From the human T2T-CHM13v2.0 reference genome, Homo sapiens, in the NCBI RefSeq assembly GCF_009914755.1, contig NC_060934.1: a stretch of 64,000 nucleotides of DNA; one strand, 5' to 3'. This document shows, piece by piece, positions 30,001 to 46,347 of the stretch. The notes under the pieces were generated by a model, which saw nothing but the letters and a program-made list of their open reading frames with translations, did not search any database and was not told where the DNA came from. The translations under genes were made by a program, and so were the position numbers. The first letter of the stretch is position 1, and each line of letters starts with the position of its first letter.

Positions 30001-33000
30001 AATGTTAACATTAGTCAAAGAGTAAGAAGAATTACAAGGGGACCCACAAAACCTTTACCAATCCATGTAATGTTGTCAAAGATAATAAGTAATATCTAAT
30101 TTCAAAATCAAAGGAGCATTGTCCCAGTCATTCTTTACCACTTTTACCTTTTACCTTGGAATACACTAAATTCCATTGTTTGCCCATGTATCTATTATTT
30201 TATTACCACTTTATATGTTTAACTCATCAAATGTTCTTGCAAATCTGATACAATTCACAATTCACTGTGAAGAATTATAAAATTATACTGTTATTAATTA
30301 GTCCAGGTCAAAATCAGATCCATTTTGGACAAAATCAATCATGAAAATATATGGTTAATTATAATGTGATCTTTTATATAAACGATAAATATCAAAAAGG
30401 TGGAGTAGTACAACAATAGATATTATAACAGCGTTTCTTTGAAAGCATTAGAACATGGCATCAAACATAATTTACTAGACAAATTCTGTATTGTGCAGGA
30501 AAAGGAGTATTTACTATTTTCTGAAATACATCTTTCATCTTCATAGTGTTATCTATACTATTCTCTTCTTTGGGATCTATCTCACATTTTTATCTTCTCT
30601 GCTATCATCCACACAGCACCTGTGATAAAATCTGGGACAAAATAAAATTGAATAATACTACATCTTTTTATTTGAGGAGAACTCACAGGCCAGATGTATT
30701 TGTTCTTGTATGACAGGGACAATGAATGATTAAGCAAAGTCTCAAAAATGAGATGACCTTTAAACTGACCCTTGTAGAATAATTGAGTTGATCTGAAAAA
30801 CAATGTAGAAAGGACATTTTAAAAAGAGAGACTTGTGCAAGCAAAGACATTTAGGTATAGACATTCCTTGAGGTTAAGTGAAAAGAATGCAATGAATATA
30901 GAAATTCAGAAAAGCAGTTACATAGGATATGCCCAGTAGAACTTCAGAGACTGGTGAAGTTGAGACAATGAAACCTTCTGAATGTTCACTCCTATGTACA
31001 TCTTTTCTATATGGCACTTTTCCCCATATTTCTTTTTATTATGTAAGCATAATGCTGAATTTATTTTCGTCTATTTAATGAGAAGCTTTTTTTTTCTTCT
31101 TTCGATAGTCAACCAGTAAGATCAGCTACTTGTTAAAGTTGGGAAAATAAATATTTTACTAACAGAAAAAATTGCATTATCCATAAGTGATAAAAATAAA
31201 TAAAAACCAATCTAATAACTATGCTAAATCTTTAGCAAGTTATTACTTTAAGTGCAGACCTGACCTTGATTATATTACAACAGAATGGGGATAGCCAATG
31301 CCTACAACCATAATCAATAATGAAGAATTAATTCTGATAATTTCCCTCATATCTATCAATGTTAAACTACATTTTATGCTTATGTTATTCATGTAGTTGC
31401 ATCTGTTTTCTATTTCTGCAAAGGTTGTTATTTCTGTAACATAAGTGACTTAATAGATTCCAGTTCTTCTGTGCATAGTTTCATTTGCATTTAATAGGGC
31501 TTAGTGTGCCTCTACTGAAATAGGAGTTTTTCTAAAGCAAGAGGTTTAGAGTGACTGTTGTATCACTTTGGGGCCTCATTATTAATCAGTAATTAATACT
31601 CTCTGGAAAGCATAAGTTTGCCAAAATATTTGGCATTCAATGAATGGCATTTTGAATCCCAATTTAAATTTGGACTAAAAAGGCTTAGAAAAAAAATCTA
31701 AATTATTTACTATATTAATTATAAGTACGTTTCCAAGAATGAAGAAAACTGTATCTTCTCTCTTTAGTTCCAGGCTTATTCTTAGGTATAAGAAGGAGAA
31801 CTATTTTATGCATTCCTAGATTCTTAAATATTTTAATTTTGCTTGCCCATGGCAGCAATATGTTTCCGTCATGAAATATATATTTTTTCTCATATATGCA
31901 GAAATGTAATATTTTTCTATTTTGAAAAGTCTGATTATATATCATTGTCATCAGTTCAGCAAACCAATTTGGGATCAATGGAAGAGCACTGCCTCAATGC
32001 ATTTGGTTTCAGAAATGTATTAATAATAGTGTATACCATGTTTCAAATCACATTTCCAAGGAAACCTATTGTGCACAATGCAATTTTTTCTTGGACAGAC
32101 AATTTTATGCTATGAGTCCACTGGAATACATTTTTGTTTCATTGAAAATATAATTTTTTCAACCATATATTTATATAAGATGCCTAAAATTTCTGAAAGA
32201 AAAAATGCTGTTAATGATATTATCGTGTTAATTTTCATAAACTCCTCTCCATATTTTAAAGTAATACATTATTAATATAGTTTCTAAAACAGTGGCCATA
32301 TATTTGTACTATAAATATAAGGCTATGATCATTCCTGGGATTTTAGGACTAAAAAATAATATGTGACAGGCTACAATATTGTTACCCAAGTTATAGCAGG
32401 GATACTTTTGTTTTAAGTCAGTCAATCATAGGTAAAGAGTCATTAGCATTATTTGTCACAGACCTTCTGTTAGAAACCACAAAAGTCAGAAGAATGAAAT
32501 GTATTACAAGCTTGTACCCTACAGCTAAAACATAAAATGAAATCAATAGCATTTGAGTTGTTTTACCCTCAGTTTAAAGTTTATCTTAATTGTCTTGTAA
32601 TTTATTCCTGATTGAAAGTCTAGTTATTGAATCAAAACACAATGACATATTTATAGAAAGCTATGGCTTTCTTTTTTCATGTTTAAAGATAATTATAATT
32701 TTACCATAAAGCAAAAATTGCCACTTCAATTATGGAGTTACATAAATCAATCTGTGCTGTAAACTTGCATGTTACTGCTTTTGCTCTACATAAAAGAATG
32801 GGAATGACTCTGTGGCACAAATATTAACATAAGCTTCTATAGATGTTCTGGGTACAGGCTTCTTGAAGCTTCTTTGGGACCAAGTAACATTATATCCTAA
32901 AAACCCAGGAGAGTTTGAGTTTTTCTGCAAAGAAAGAGACTATGGATAGGAAGAAAAGATGACTCATAATTTTGAAATAATGTATTAGAAATAGCAACGC

Positions 33001-33004
33001 ATTC

Positions 33005-33764
<760 letters not shown>

Positions 33765-35559
33765 CTTTGTAAAAGGAAGATAATTATTTGATCAAATTAG
33801 TGGTCAATATGGGAGTAAAGGAAGAAAATACGGATGCTTAACAGAATGAGACAGGAAGAAGAGATAAAATGTAGGGAGTCTAGAGGGCCAGAAAGTTTGA
33901 GTGCAGGAAGAATGAAAAATCAACACCTAATTTCTAACTGAATTGAAGAGAGAGAAAACTCCAAAGCTTTTCAGATTCCCTGCAATTTCAAGTACTGGGA
34001 GGAAGCTCCTAAGCACATTCCCATGATTAAAACAGTGTACTGTCTCCATCTGTAATAATGACTAAACCACTGTTATGAAAAGGCTGCAAATCAGGGGTGG
34101 TGAGGTGGGAGTGGGCAGAACTGGAGCTTAGTTAGCAGTCAGCCATCAGGTGGATTGTATGAGTGGTATGTATGCTACAAATTTGCATACTGTTAGCTTG
34201 ATATTTAAAACGCTTCACAATCTGGCCTTAATTTTCCAGACTCACTCATGCATTGGACAAATCTTTATTGGGGGTATTTATGTGCCATGCATTTTAGGCT
34301 ATTGGGATACATCAATAAACAAAACAGATACAAACTTCTGTCGTTGCGCAGACTAAATCCATTTTAACAATATCCACTAAATTCTGTTCTACAGTCTCAC
34401 TGAAACAATATTCTTAATATGAAAATATAGAATTATAAAACTCTATTATTTTCTTTCATACTATCTCTTTAATCCTGCTAATATGGGCTAATATCTTTCC
34501 TGCTGTTGAATAAAAGCTCAAGAAATTTTATAATTTTTAAAAAAATTGTTAATAGTACTATGGTAAAGGTAACTTTAAAAAGAATTTAAAAATGATTCTC
34601 TAGTTCAATATATGAATCTAATACTCCAAATTTCATTTAAAGGTAAAATGTCCTTCCCCAGCTTAGATATGTTAATGGAAGTTCCTCTGCCTTTGGGGAA
34701 GAGGCTGTAAGAGATTTCTTTTTACTTTTTTCTTTATTAACTACCACCACCTCCTTCATTCACTAGCAGTTGATTTTTATCACTCAGACTTCTATTACCT
34801 GACCTTGGAGATTATGGAGAAAAGGCATGTAAGGTAGGTAGCGAAGTTCCTACTTCAATATTACTGTTGTGAAATGGCTGAATACTCTTTGGGTCAGACC
34901 TGGGTTTAAAACAGACATGGTCAATGAGAGCATCTTCAGCACTGGTATGCTTTTCTTCAGCAACTTCAGTTTGCCAGCATACTTCAGTTAATTCCAGTTT
35001 GTCATTTTATAGGAATTCTGCGGTCTATGTCCAGTTTTTGCCTTTTGCAGTATCATCACTCCTTCAGGTAATCCTACCGAACAGGATTTAAGAAAACTGG
35101 CATTCACCTGTGTCCCAAATCTGGTCCTTTGGGTTGGTTTGGGTATAATTATGCAGGCAAAGAACAGTCACAGGCTCTTTGCCTGCATACTTATAGAAGC
35201 ACAGACCTTTCTAGATGTAGCTGTAATATAATGTAATACTCCAGTCATTGTAATTGCTTGTTGCTCTTTTTCTGTCTACATTTATCTGATATGTCTCAAA
35301 CATGGATTTGCTGTGCTAGGCCAACATAAGGGCAGCGTTTTTTACTGTAGTTGCCAATGTTAAACTTGAGAAGGGAAAGCATATATTTCCCCAGCCATTG
35401 TATTTTGGGGAAAAGTATACTGTTGAAGTGAATTCAAGTACAACTTTACAACAACCCTCCCCTATAAAGGAATACTCATACAAAGTCACTTCTAAATTTT
35501 AATTCGCGTGACCATTTTCAATTCTCCTCGAGAGTAATGGTGTTCAGAGTGTTAAACTC

Positions 35560-35700
35560 TGTTACTGGAACATGATGGTTTTGGTCTAGGTTCTGCTGCT
35601 TGCCACACAGATGGGCAATCACTGAGACAATGAGTATTGCTAGGGAAGAAGGTTTTAATCCAATCGGGTGCTGCAGCTGAGGACATGGGAGATCAGTCTC
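35560..35700 (-). mobile_element. 3' fragment of the same ERV1 LTR family as 33348-33764, inverted
   Basis: Reverse complement aligns by eye to 33630-33764. Confidence 0.8.
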
Positions 35701-36956
<1,256 letters not shown>

Positions 36957-36999
36957 AAGAGATGAGCGAGAAAATGATGAAAAGATAAGAGAAGATTCA

Positions 37000-37739
<740 letters not shown>

Positions 37740-38316
37740 CCAGAATAGATGCCACATTAATAAAAAAAAAAAAGTCTAGAATTAAAAAAAAAATCCCTAA
37801 ATGAGACTTGAACAGTTATACTACATATATAGAAAATGACCCAGAATTGCCAACATGTAGAAATACATTGACAAAAATACTGAACTCTAAAGAAAAAATA
37901 AAGGCAATTATTTGGAAATTCAGAAATAAGACCAGTTTGTCATTACACATTTTTTTACAGTAATGCTTCAAAGAATAAGAAAATGGAATGAAAAATTTAA
38001 TTTAAAAAAAGAAAATGAGTCAAGTTATCCAGTCAAATTGGTCTTCAATGTTAAAGCCCTAAGATAAGCTTTTCTTAATGCACCAAAACATAGGAAATAG
38101 TGTCTCTATAATCCTGCATCAAGGACTTTACTTGGGAATGGGTTACTGATAACAAAATGACTGAATTGTGTTATTAAGAGGGATAAAACAATATCACTTT
38201 CAATTAGATGTGTGGGAAAATATAAGAGATGAAGCAGAAGCATTGCTCACAACAGGAAACATATGAGCAGTGCAAAAAAAAAGTGTACCATGTAATGTAA
38301 AAGTAAGTCGTAGAAC

Positions 38317-38510
38317 AAATGTGGGCAAACTACAGCCCTTTGGTCAAATCCAGCCCACAGACAGCCTGTTTTAGTAAAATGAATTTTATGGGAGCATAGC
38401 CAAACCCTTTGGTTTACGTATTATCTCTTCTTGCTTTTAAGCTACAGCAGAGTAGAGTAGTTCCGACAGAGACCATATGACCCAGAAAACTAAACATATT
38501 TGTCATCTCA
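38317..38510. mobile_element. MER58A (hAT-Charlie)
   Basis: ggcaaactacagccc...caaatccagccc...gacagagaccatatg. Confidence 0.75.
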
Positions 38511-38539
38511 GTATTCCCATTTTGAGTATGATAGTGAAT

Positions 38540-39422
38540 CAACTCATTATTTTGAAAATCAATAATAAAAGGAAAGAATAAAGTTTTTTTTTCTTGTTTT
38601 TCCTATAGTTGGTGGACCTCAGGGTTACTGAGTATTTGCTATGGAGACGTTTTTCTTTATAAAAATATTTTGGCTAATGAATATAGAAGTAATAAAAATA
38701 AAAAAATAATGGATTTAGAAAATTACTATTGGTGGTTGCTACTATCTATATCACAAAAAGAGAATCAAAGAGATTTAATGTTTAAGGAAGGAGTGAATAT
38801 CACCTATGATTTATTTGTTTAAAAACAAACCAAAAATAACCTGGATATGATCAAGCCTCCAGATCTAACTACTTATTTCCTGGAAATTAAGGAAGCAGAA
38901 AGAATATGAAATGACCACTTGGAGAGACAGTCATCAATCCAGGCTTCAGAAATGTGGTTTCTTGCACAAATAAATATCAAGGTGAATAAAAGAGCGTAGT
39001 GGTGAAGCCTACAGATTAAAAGAGACTTAACAGACCTATCAACCAATGGCAATGTATAGACCTTATTTTGATTCTGATGTAAATAAATGTTCAATGTGAA
39101 CTGGATATGTTTAATATGAACTATGTTTAATACCAACTGGATATATATTGATATCAAATAATTTGTTACTTTTGGCAGCAGTAATCATGATATTTTAATT
39201 GTTTTAAGAGTCCTTAAGATATACATATCAAAATATTTACAGATTGAATGTTATGACTCTGACCTGCTTCAAAATAATGCAATAGTGGGTAGTTGAGAGC
39301 ATAGAGGAACAACTATTTCCCAGGGCGTGATTATGTTGAATTAGGGAGTTGATACATGGAGGTTCACCGTAATATTCTCTGTAATTTTTGTATGTTTGAA
39401 ATGTTCCAAGTAAAATGTTAAA
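38540..39422 (+). mobile_element. Old L1M (L1MC/ME-like) 3' region
   Basis: acagattaaaagagactta...gatacatggaggttcac...tttgtatgtttgaaat terminal motif. Confidence 0.65.
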
Positions 39423-41519
39423 ATATTTAAATATTCCTAGTGTTAAACTTATGAAATTAGCTCTAAAATTTTACATTTTAATTAATTTGCATTTAAATAT
39501 TAAATCTAATCACATCATGGTTGCACAATTTACTTTGAAAATAATTTCATTAACAAATTTTTGGTAAAGAAGTCACAATAAAATACTTCTTTAATGAATT
39601 ACACTTCTGATTTTTATTATCCTTATTCAAATGATATGTGGTAGGGCAACTAATTCTGCTGCAGAGATGAATATTTAGCTAACTAATTAACCTCAATTTA
39701 CATAATGGTTGTATTTGCATAACTAATGGGCTGGGGATTGACTATAGGCCATTAACAGTTATTAATTAATGAGATTGAATTAGAAATATATGGGTTTTTA
39801 TTTCAAACTTAGGAGGCAAAGGTCAATCATAAAAGGTTAATAACAATATTCAAAGAATCAGGCAGTAAATATTTTAGCTTTTAGACTTCATGCATTTCTG
39901 ACAGGATAATTCAGGAATTGGTTTCACCTCTACATGCATACTGGGGCACATGGAAGTATACACATGTGCATTAGAGAAACTTTTATTAGCCTCAGATTTA
40001 CATGTAAATTAAAGTAATGGGAGCTAGTTGTATTCACATATAAGAACTTAATGCACCTCTATTCATAAAAATCACAGGTATCACTTGAGAAAGTTCTACA
40101 ACCTAAAATTTTTCTTTCTTAAACTGTTCATTTGTTTCAAGGAAAGAGTGCAGGTACACTTTTCAATTAATCTTCCTCATTTTTGCATTTGCAATAAAAT
40201 AGGTTACATTATATAATTTAGAGTTACTCCAACCTTTCCACTCCTCATTTATCCAATTCAGTTTACAATTGGAAGCATCCTCTATATTTTTAAAAACATA
40301 ATTGCCTGTAGTTTAAAGATTTTAGAAACTCAAAGAATTCATCTGCTATTTTTAAACAATTTAATTATGTGAGTGATGCATAATTATTGAGGACAATTCA
40401 ATTCCTTTAATTTCAAAGACACCTGTATAATCTGATTTTTCAAATGATTTGGTTGTATCTCTACAAGGAACTGAGCAGCTCTCTACACTGAATCAGTAAA
40501 TGAGGTTCACGATAAATGAAAAGGAGTGATTTCTTTTTATGATCAACTGCCAAACTGATACAGAAAATTCTGTCCTGCATCTTCTGCCTGTTGCTCCTGT
40601 CTTGCTTTCTTTTCTCTCACACTGCCTGGGTTCTTGCTTTATGCCTCTGCCCTCTTCTTTTTCCCTCTTCTCCCTTCTAAGAACGCTCGCTTGCTGAAAT
40701 GCCTTGAAATGATGTCCAGGGATAGTCCCTGGGTGAATGTTTCAGATCCTGTTTCTCATTTCACACTCTGTCTGGGCCTCTATTCTATTAATAGTTAACT
40801 TAAACTGGATTATCTTGAGTCTTCTAGATTTTAAAAGGGTTGCTCTGATTACAAAAAGATGATTGCTTAAATGCAAAAGAGTATTACCTCAATAGATGGG
40901 AAAAGAATAGCATTTATTGCATTATTGATAACATCTTTAAATCTGTGTCAGTTCCCTTCACAAATTGGCTTTTATATGCTTCTCTGTGGGGGTAAACTAT
41001 ATGCCACAGAAATGTTGAAGTTCGGAGTCACAGAACGTGGGCTTAAATCTGTGACGCTTTGTTTACTGTCATTTAAAAAAATAACCTTTTTAATTATTAA
41101 CAAAATCTTGCCTTTGTAAAACAGGGTAGTAATTCTCATTTCATAGATTAAAAGTGTAGGTTAAAAAGTGTAAATTAAAAATGAAAAATGATGCTACATA
41201 TAAATTACAATAAATGTTAGTCGCTAATTTTAAGATGATTTTTTCTTTTCTCGAAGAAAATATGTAAATACAAGAAGCCACACAATTCAGGCAATTTCTA
41301 GAAGTCATTCATTAAAAATATCTATTTCCCAAGGTTTATCCAGAGCTTCACAGTGGGACTAAGTTTTATTATTTAACATACACAGACAATGGTGGTATTT
41401 TAACAATATTGGATACACAATTTGAAAACGGTGTTTTATTATCTCGACATTTCAGGAGTATGAAATCACTCCCTGCCTTGTCATATATTAGCTGTTTAAA
41501 CGAATAGGCAATCATCTCA

Positions 41520-41789
<270 letters not shown>

Positions 41790-42329
41790 TTAAAATACAA
41801 TTACCTGGTCATTGTCTTTACGCTATAAGGAAAGAAATTCTCTTTAAAAGGCACTGTGATTTCAAAAACACTAAAAATGCCTATTTATAACTAGAGTGAT
41901 GCATGAAAGTGACAAAATGCTGGCTTTTGGAAACTGTTCCAGCTCTTTGAATGATCAACATCAATACTTCGCTAAAGTCTGCCTTGAAATTGTAGGGTTT
42001 TTTTGTTTTTGTTGTTTTGAGATAATCCTGGAAAACAAAGTTCTATGGTCAATTACATTTGGGAAACACTGAATAATATATTCTTTACCTTAGATTCAGA
42101 TGGTCTTCTGTCACACTAAAGGCTTTCAGAAGTTGTTTCAAAGAAAACCATCTAATTTTGTTTAACCAAAATTTTCTGAACTTACTGGATTATTATACTC
42201 TTTGTAATTTATGAATATTATTATTTTGTAGATTTAGTGTTTTGCTAAGAACACTTGAGAGAAAATAAAAAAATGGATAATTTAATGTTGCCCTGTGTCT
42301 GTTTATTTAAATAAATTTGAATGAAAATC

Positions 42330-42595
42330 AGGGCACTTTGGTAAACTTTATAATATCTCCCCCTCTTATGCTCTCCATATTCTCTCCTTACTTTATTTTT
42401 TCATGTAATTAATAATCCCTTATAATACTATATATTTCTTTGTTTAATAATTTTTATTATTAATCTCCGCTTACTGGACCATTAACTTCCATGAGGGCAG
42501 GAATCTATTTTGTACATTGTTCTATCTGTAGTGGCTAGAAGAGTAGTTAATACATAATAGATGCTCAGTACATATTTGTTGAATAAATAAATAAA
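42330..42595 (+). mobile_element. L2 3' end
   Basis: cttccatgagggcagg...atagatgctcagtacatatttgttgaataaataaat. Confidence 0.75.
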
Positions 42596-43462
42596 TGTAC
42601 AACAGTCACTGTGGGGGACAGACGTTAATAAATATAGCCACTCTGCTGTCTTCAAAGAAAAGGACAAATAGAATCAAAAGAGAAAGTTTCGGGACGGAAC
42701 AGGTTGAGAAATCATAGCTTTAGTCAGATGTTCGAAGTCCAAGGAAAAAGGAAATTTAGTTATTTTTAGGGAGGACACATAGTAGCACAGTAATAATGTA
42801 GAAAGAAAGGCAATAAAAGTAAGATATTGACCACTTGCTACACTACACGGGCAGCAATACCTAGTAATAGTTTGTCATTAAAAAGCTTAACAGGGCCTTT
42901 ATAATTTCCTTGCAAACTCTTTTACATTCACTCATTTCTTTAATATTTACTATTGATTAACTTATTACATGTATATTAACTATTTCCTGACTACCTACAA
43001 TATACTAGGCTATCTAACATACCAAAAGGGAAAACAGAGGAGAACTTGTGGAGAACAGGTAAAACAAAAATTAATGCGAAAGATTGAGCTATGACCTTAT
43101 TCCCAGAGGCCTGCAAATTCCTATGATTCTTAAATTACAAAAACTTATATTTTTATTTTTAATCATGAATTGTATGTCTAATTTGACTATTTTGGGAATC
43201 ATATAACATGCATAGCTTTTAACATGGATGTGACTCTTTTTAAAATTCACAACTTATTTACAACCTTGAAGTTCCTTCAGGATTAGTTAAGGTATGACCA
43301 ACATGGAGTAAGGGTCATGGATGGTTCAGACACTGGGGCGGACGAAGCTACTGTAGGCAATGATCATGGCCAAAAGCTGAAAATTTCATGATGCATTAAT
43401 TTTGAGGAAATGTCATTAAAATATTACCAAATGAGGAAAAGGGCAAGGTTTCATTAATTAGA

Positions 43463-43500
43463 TACTTAATATTTCTTAAGGTACTTAATATTTCTTAAGG
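43463..43500. repeat. Perfect 19-bp tandem duplication (tacttaatatttcttaagg)x2
   Basis: Direct inspection. Confidence 0.95.
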
Positions 43501-43687
43501 GAAAAAATCACTTTAGCTAACATCACTGGATTTTTAATCGAGTTCAGGATACATGGTTAACAATTACATTTAAGATGGGCACAATTTTATTAGAAAACAA
43601 TAGAATAGATAATAATTTCAATTCAATCTGAAATTAGGCCAAATCTAAGTTTACTGGTTGATGGTGAGAACACAAACTAAAAGTCTA

Positions 43688-43810
<123 letters not shown>

Positions 43811-43826
43811 TTAGAGAAGATGATGT

Positions 43827-44710
43827 ATTTATTTTTAAATATAATTTTTGATGTAACTTTACGTTCACAGAAAAATTGAGAGAAAGATAAGAGATTTCTG
43901 ATATACCCTCTGCCCTCACACATTCATGGCCTCCTCCATGATCAAATCCCCCACCCAACTGCTACCTTTGTGATAAATGATGAACCTACATTGACCCATT
44001 ATCACTGAAAGTCCATCATTTACATGAGGGTGCATATTGTTGTTGTACATTTTATGAGTTTGGACAAATGTGTAATGGCATGTATCCGCTTTCATGTAGT
44101 ATCATATAGGGTATTCTCACTGTTCTGAAAATCCTCTGTGCCCTGTATATTCATCCCTCCCCTCAACTCAACCTCTGGCAACCACTGATCTTTGTAGTGT
44201 CTCTATGGTTTTGCCTTTTCCAGAATGTTGTATAGCTGGAATCACACAGTATGTAACCTTTTCAGATTGCCTTCTTTCACTTAGTAATATGCATTTAATG
44301 CTCCTCAACATCTATGGCTTGATTGCTTATTTCATTTTTAGCACTACATAATATTTCGCGGTCTGAATGTACCCACAGTTTATTTCCATAAATAAAAAAC
44401 ATCTTGGTTGCTTCCAAGTTTTGGCAATTATGACTAAAGCCACTATAAACATCTGTGTGTAGGTTTTTGTGACTCTAAGATTTCAACTCTTCTGGGTAAA
44501 TACTAATTAGCATGATTACTGGATTTTATAGTAAGACTGTTTAGTCTTTTAAGCAACTGCCAAACTGTCTTCCAAACTGACTGTACCATTTTGTATTCTC
44601 ACCAACAATAAATGAGAGTTGCTGTTGCCCCATATTCTAACCAGCTTTTGGTGCTGTCAATAGTCTGGATTTCAGACATTCTAATAGGTGTGTGGTGGTA
44701 TTTATTTTTA
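43827..44710 (-). mobile_element. L1MC-like 3' fragment abutting the PCDH15 acceptor region
   Basis: ttcacagaaaaattgag...gatgaacctacattgac...ctggcaaccactgatc...aactgccaaactgtcttccaaa. Confidence 0.8.
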
Positions 44711-45369
44711 TTTTTTTATCCATATTTATGACAGAGTTTTGAACTTAATAGAAGAATGTACACGGTAGTTCTTCCAAGCTACATTATGCAATTACATTGT
44801 GCTTTCATTGAAACCTTTTACAAAAAATCCTGAAATACAAATTTAGTCTGAAGTATAGGCTTTATAAATATCTGGTCCAAATTGCTTTGTTTTTGGTACT
44901 GCTGTCCATACACTTAATTGACTAGGTTATCTAAATGTAAAGCAGTCTTTCTCACAGATACTCTAGCACCTAATGGTGGTCCATATATTCATTGCATGAG
45001 CAATAACTGCTTCTTGCTGAAGAATAAGAACCAATCTGTATCATTTTAAAATGAAGTGTGTAAAGTAGATATTTAATTTACTAGTTTATTTACTTACTTA
45101 TTTTACTGTCCTGCATTTTCTTTTTGCTTTCTTTTGATAACATCCAAATATTGTTTTCAATAATCTTGCCTCTTTCCTTCTCTGTACAAGTGCTTTGGGT
45201 AAGGCTTTGCCAATCCCCATGGTACATGCATAAGCACATTAACCAACTCTGGTCAATGGGGGCATTTTATCCTTTGCTCAGTGTTCATGTGATGTATACG
45301 TCTCATGTAAATTCAATGGACATACTACATAAGATTATGACTTGACTAGATTCTCGCTAGCCAACTTTT

Positions 45370-45740
45370 TGGGTATATCCCTCACTGGATTTGATGAAGT
45401 AAGCTGCCATATGGAGCAGTCCTCGTGGCAAGAAACTCAAGGTGATGGCTGACTAACAGCCAGCAAGGAATCGAGGCCCTTAGTCCAACATCCCACAAGA
45501 AACTGATTTCTGCCAACAACCACATGTACTTGGAAGTGGATCTTTCTGCAGTTGAGCCTCAGATGAGACCGTAGCCCTGGATGACACCTTGATTAAAAGA
45601 TTATGTAAGTCCAAAAAGGAGAGGACACAGCTAACCCATGCCTGGATTCCTGACCTATAGGAAATTCAAAATGATATATGTGTTGTTTTAACCCATTAAG
45701 TTCATGGTAATATTATTATGCCACAACACAAAACTAATAT
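45370..45740. mobile_element. MLT1 (F/G-like) MaLR LTR fragment
   Basis: aacagccagcaaggaa..gaggccc..ctgccaacaaccac..cttggaagtggatc. Confidence 0.75.
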
Positions 45741-46011
45741 TTGAACAATGGATTGTTAATTTATGACAGATCAAGATACATACTACTTATCAAAAGTTTA
45801 ATACAAGAAAATATGTCAGTCATATTAGGGGATAATTTTCAAAAACTGAATTCCTATTTGTGGAAGTAGACATTACTTAAATTGTTTACTTGTCTATCTT
45901 GTTACTGCACAAGATAGAAGCTAAATTTTATACTTTCCATAATTCATCTGTTTGCTATTCCTTATACAGTATGGAAACAAGACGTCTGCAACTTATGCAC
46001 CTTTAGCTTTA

Positions 46012-46347
<336 letters not shown>

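Noticed and set aside
35085-35135. KDQIWDTGECQF resembling the Rab motif QIWDTAGQ
   Set aside because: No P-loop or NKxD in register; probably coincidence
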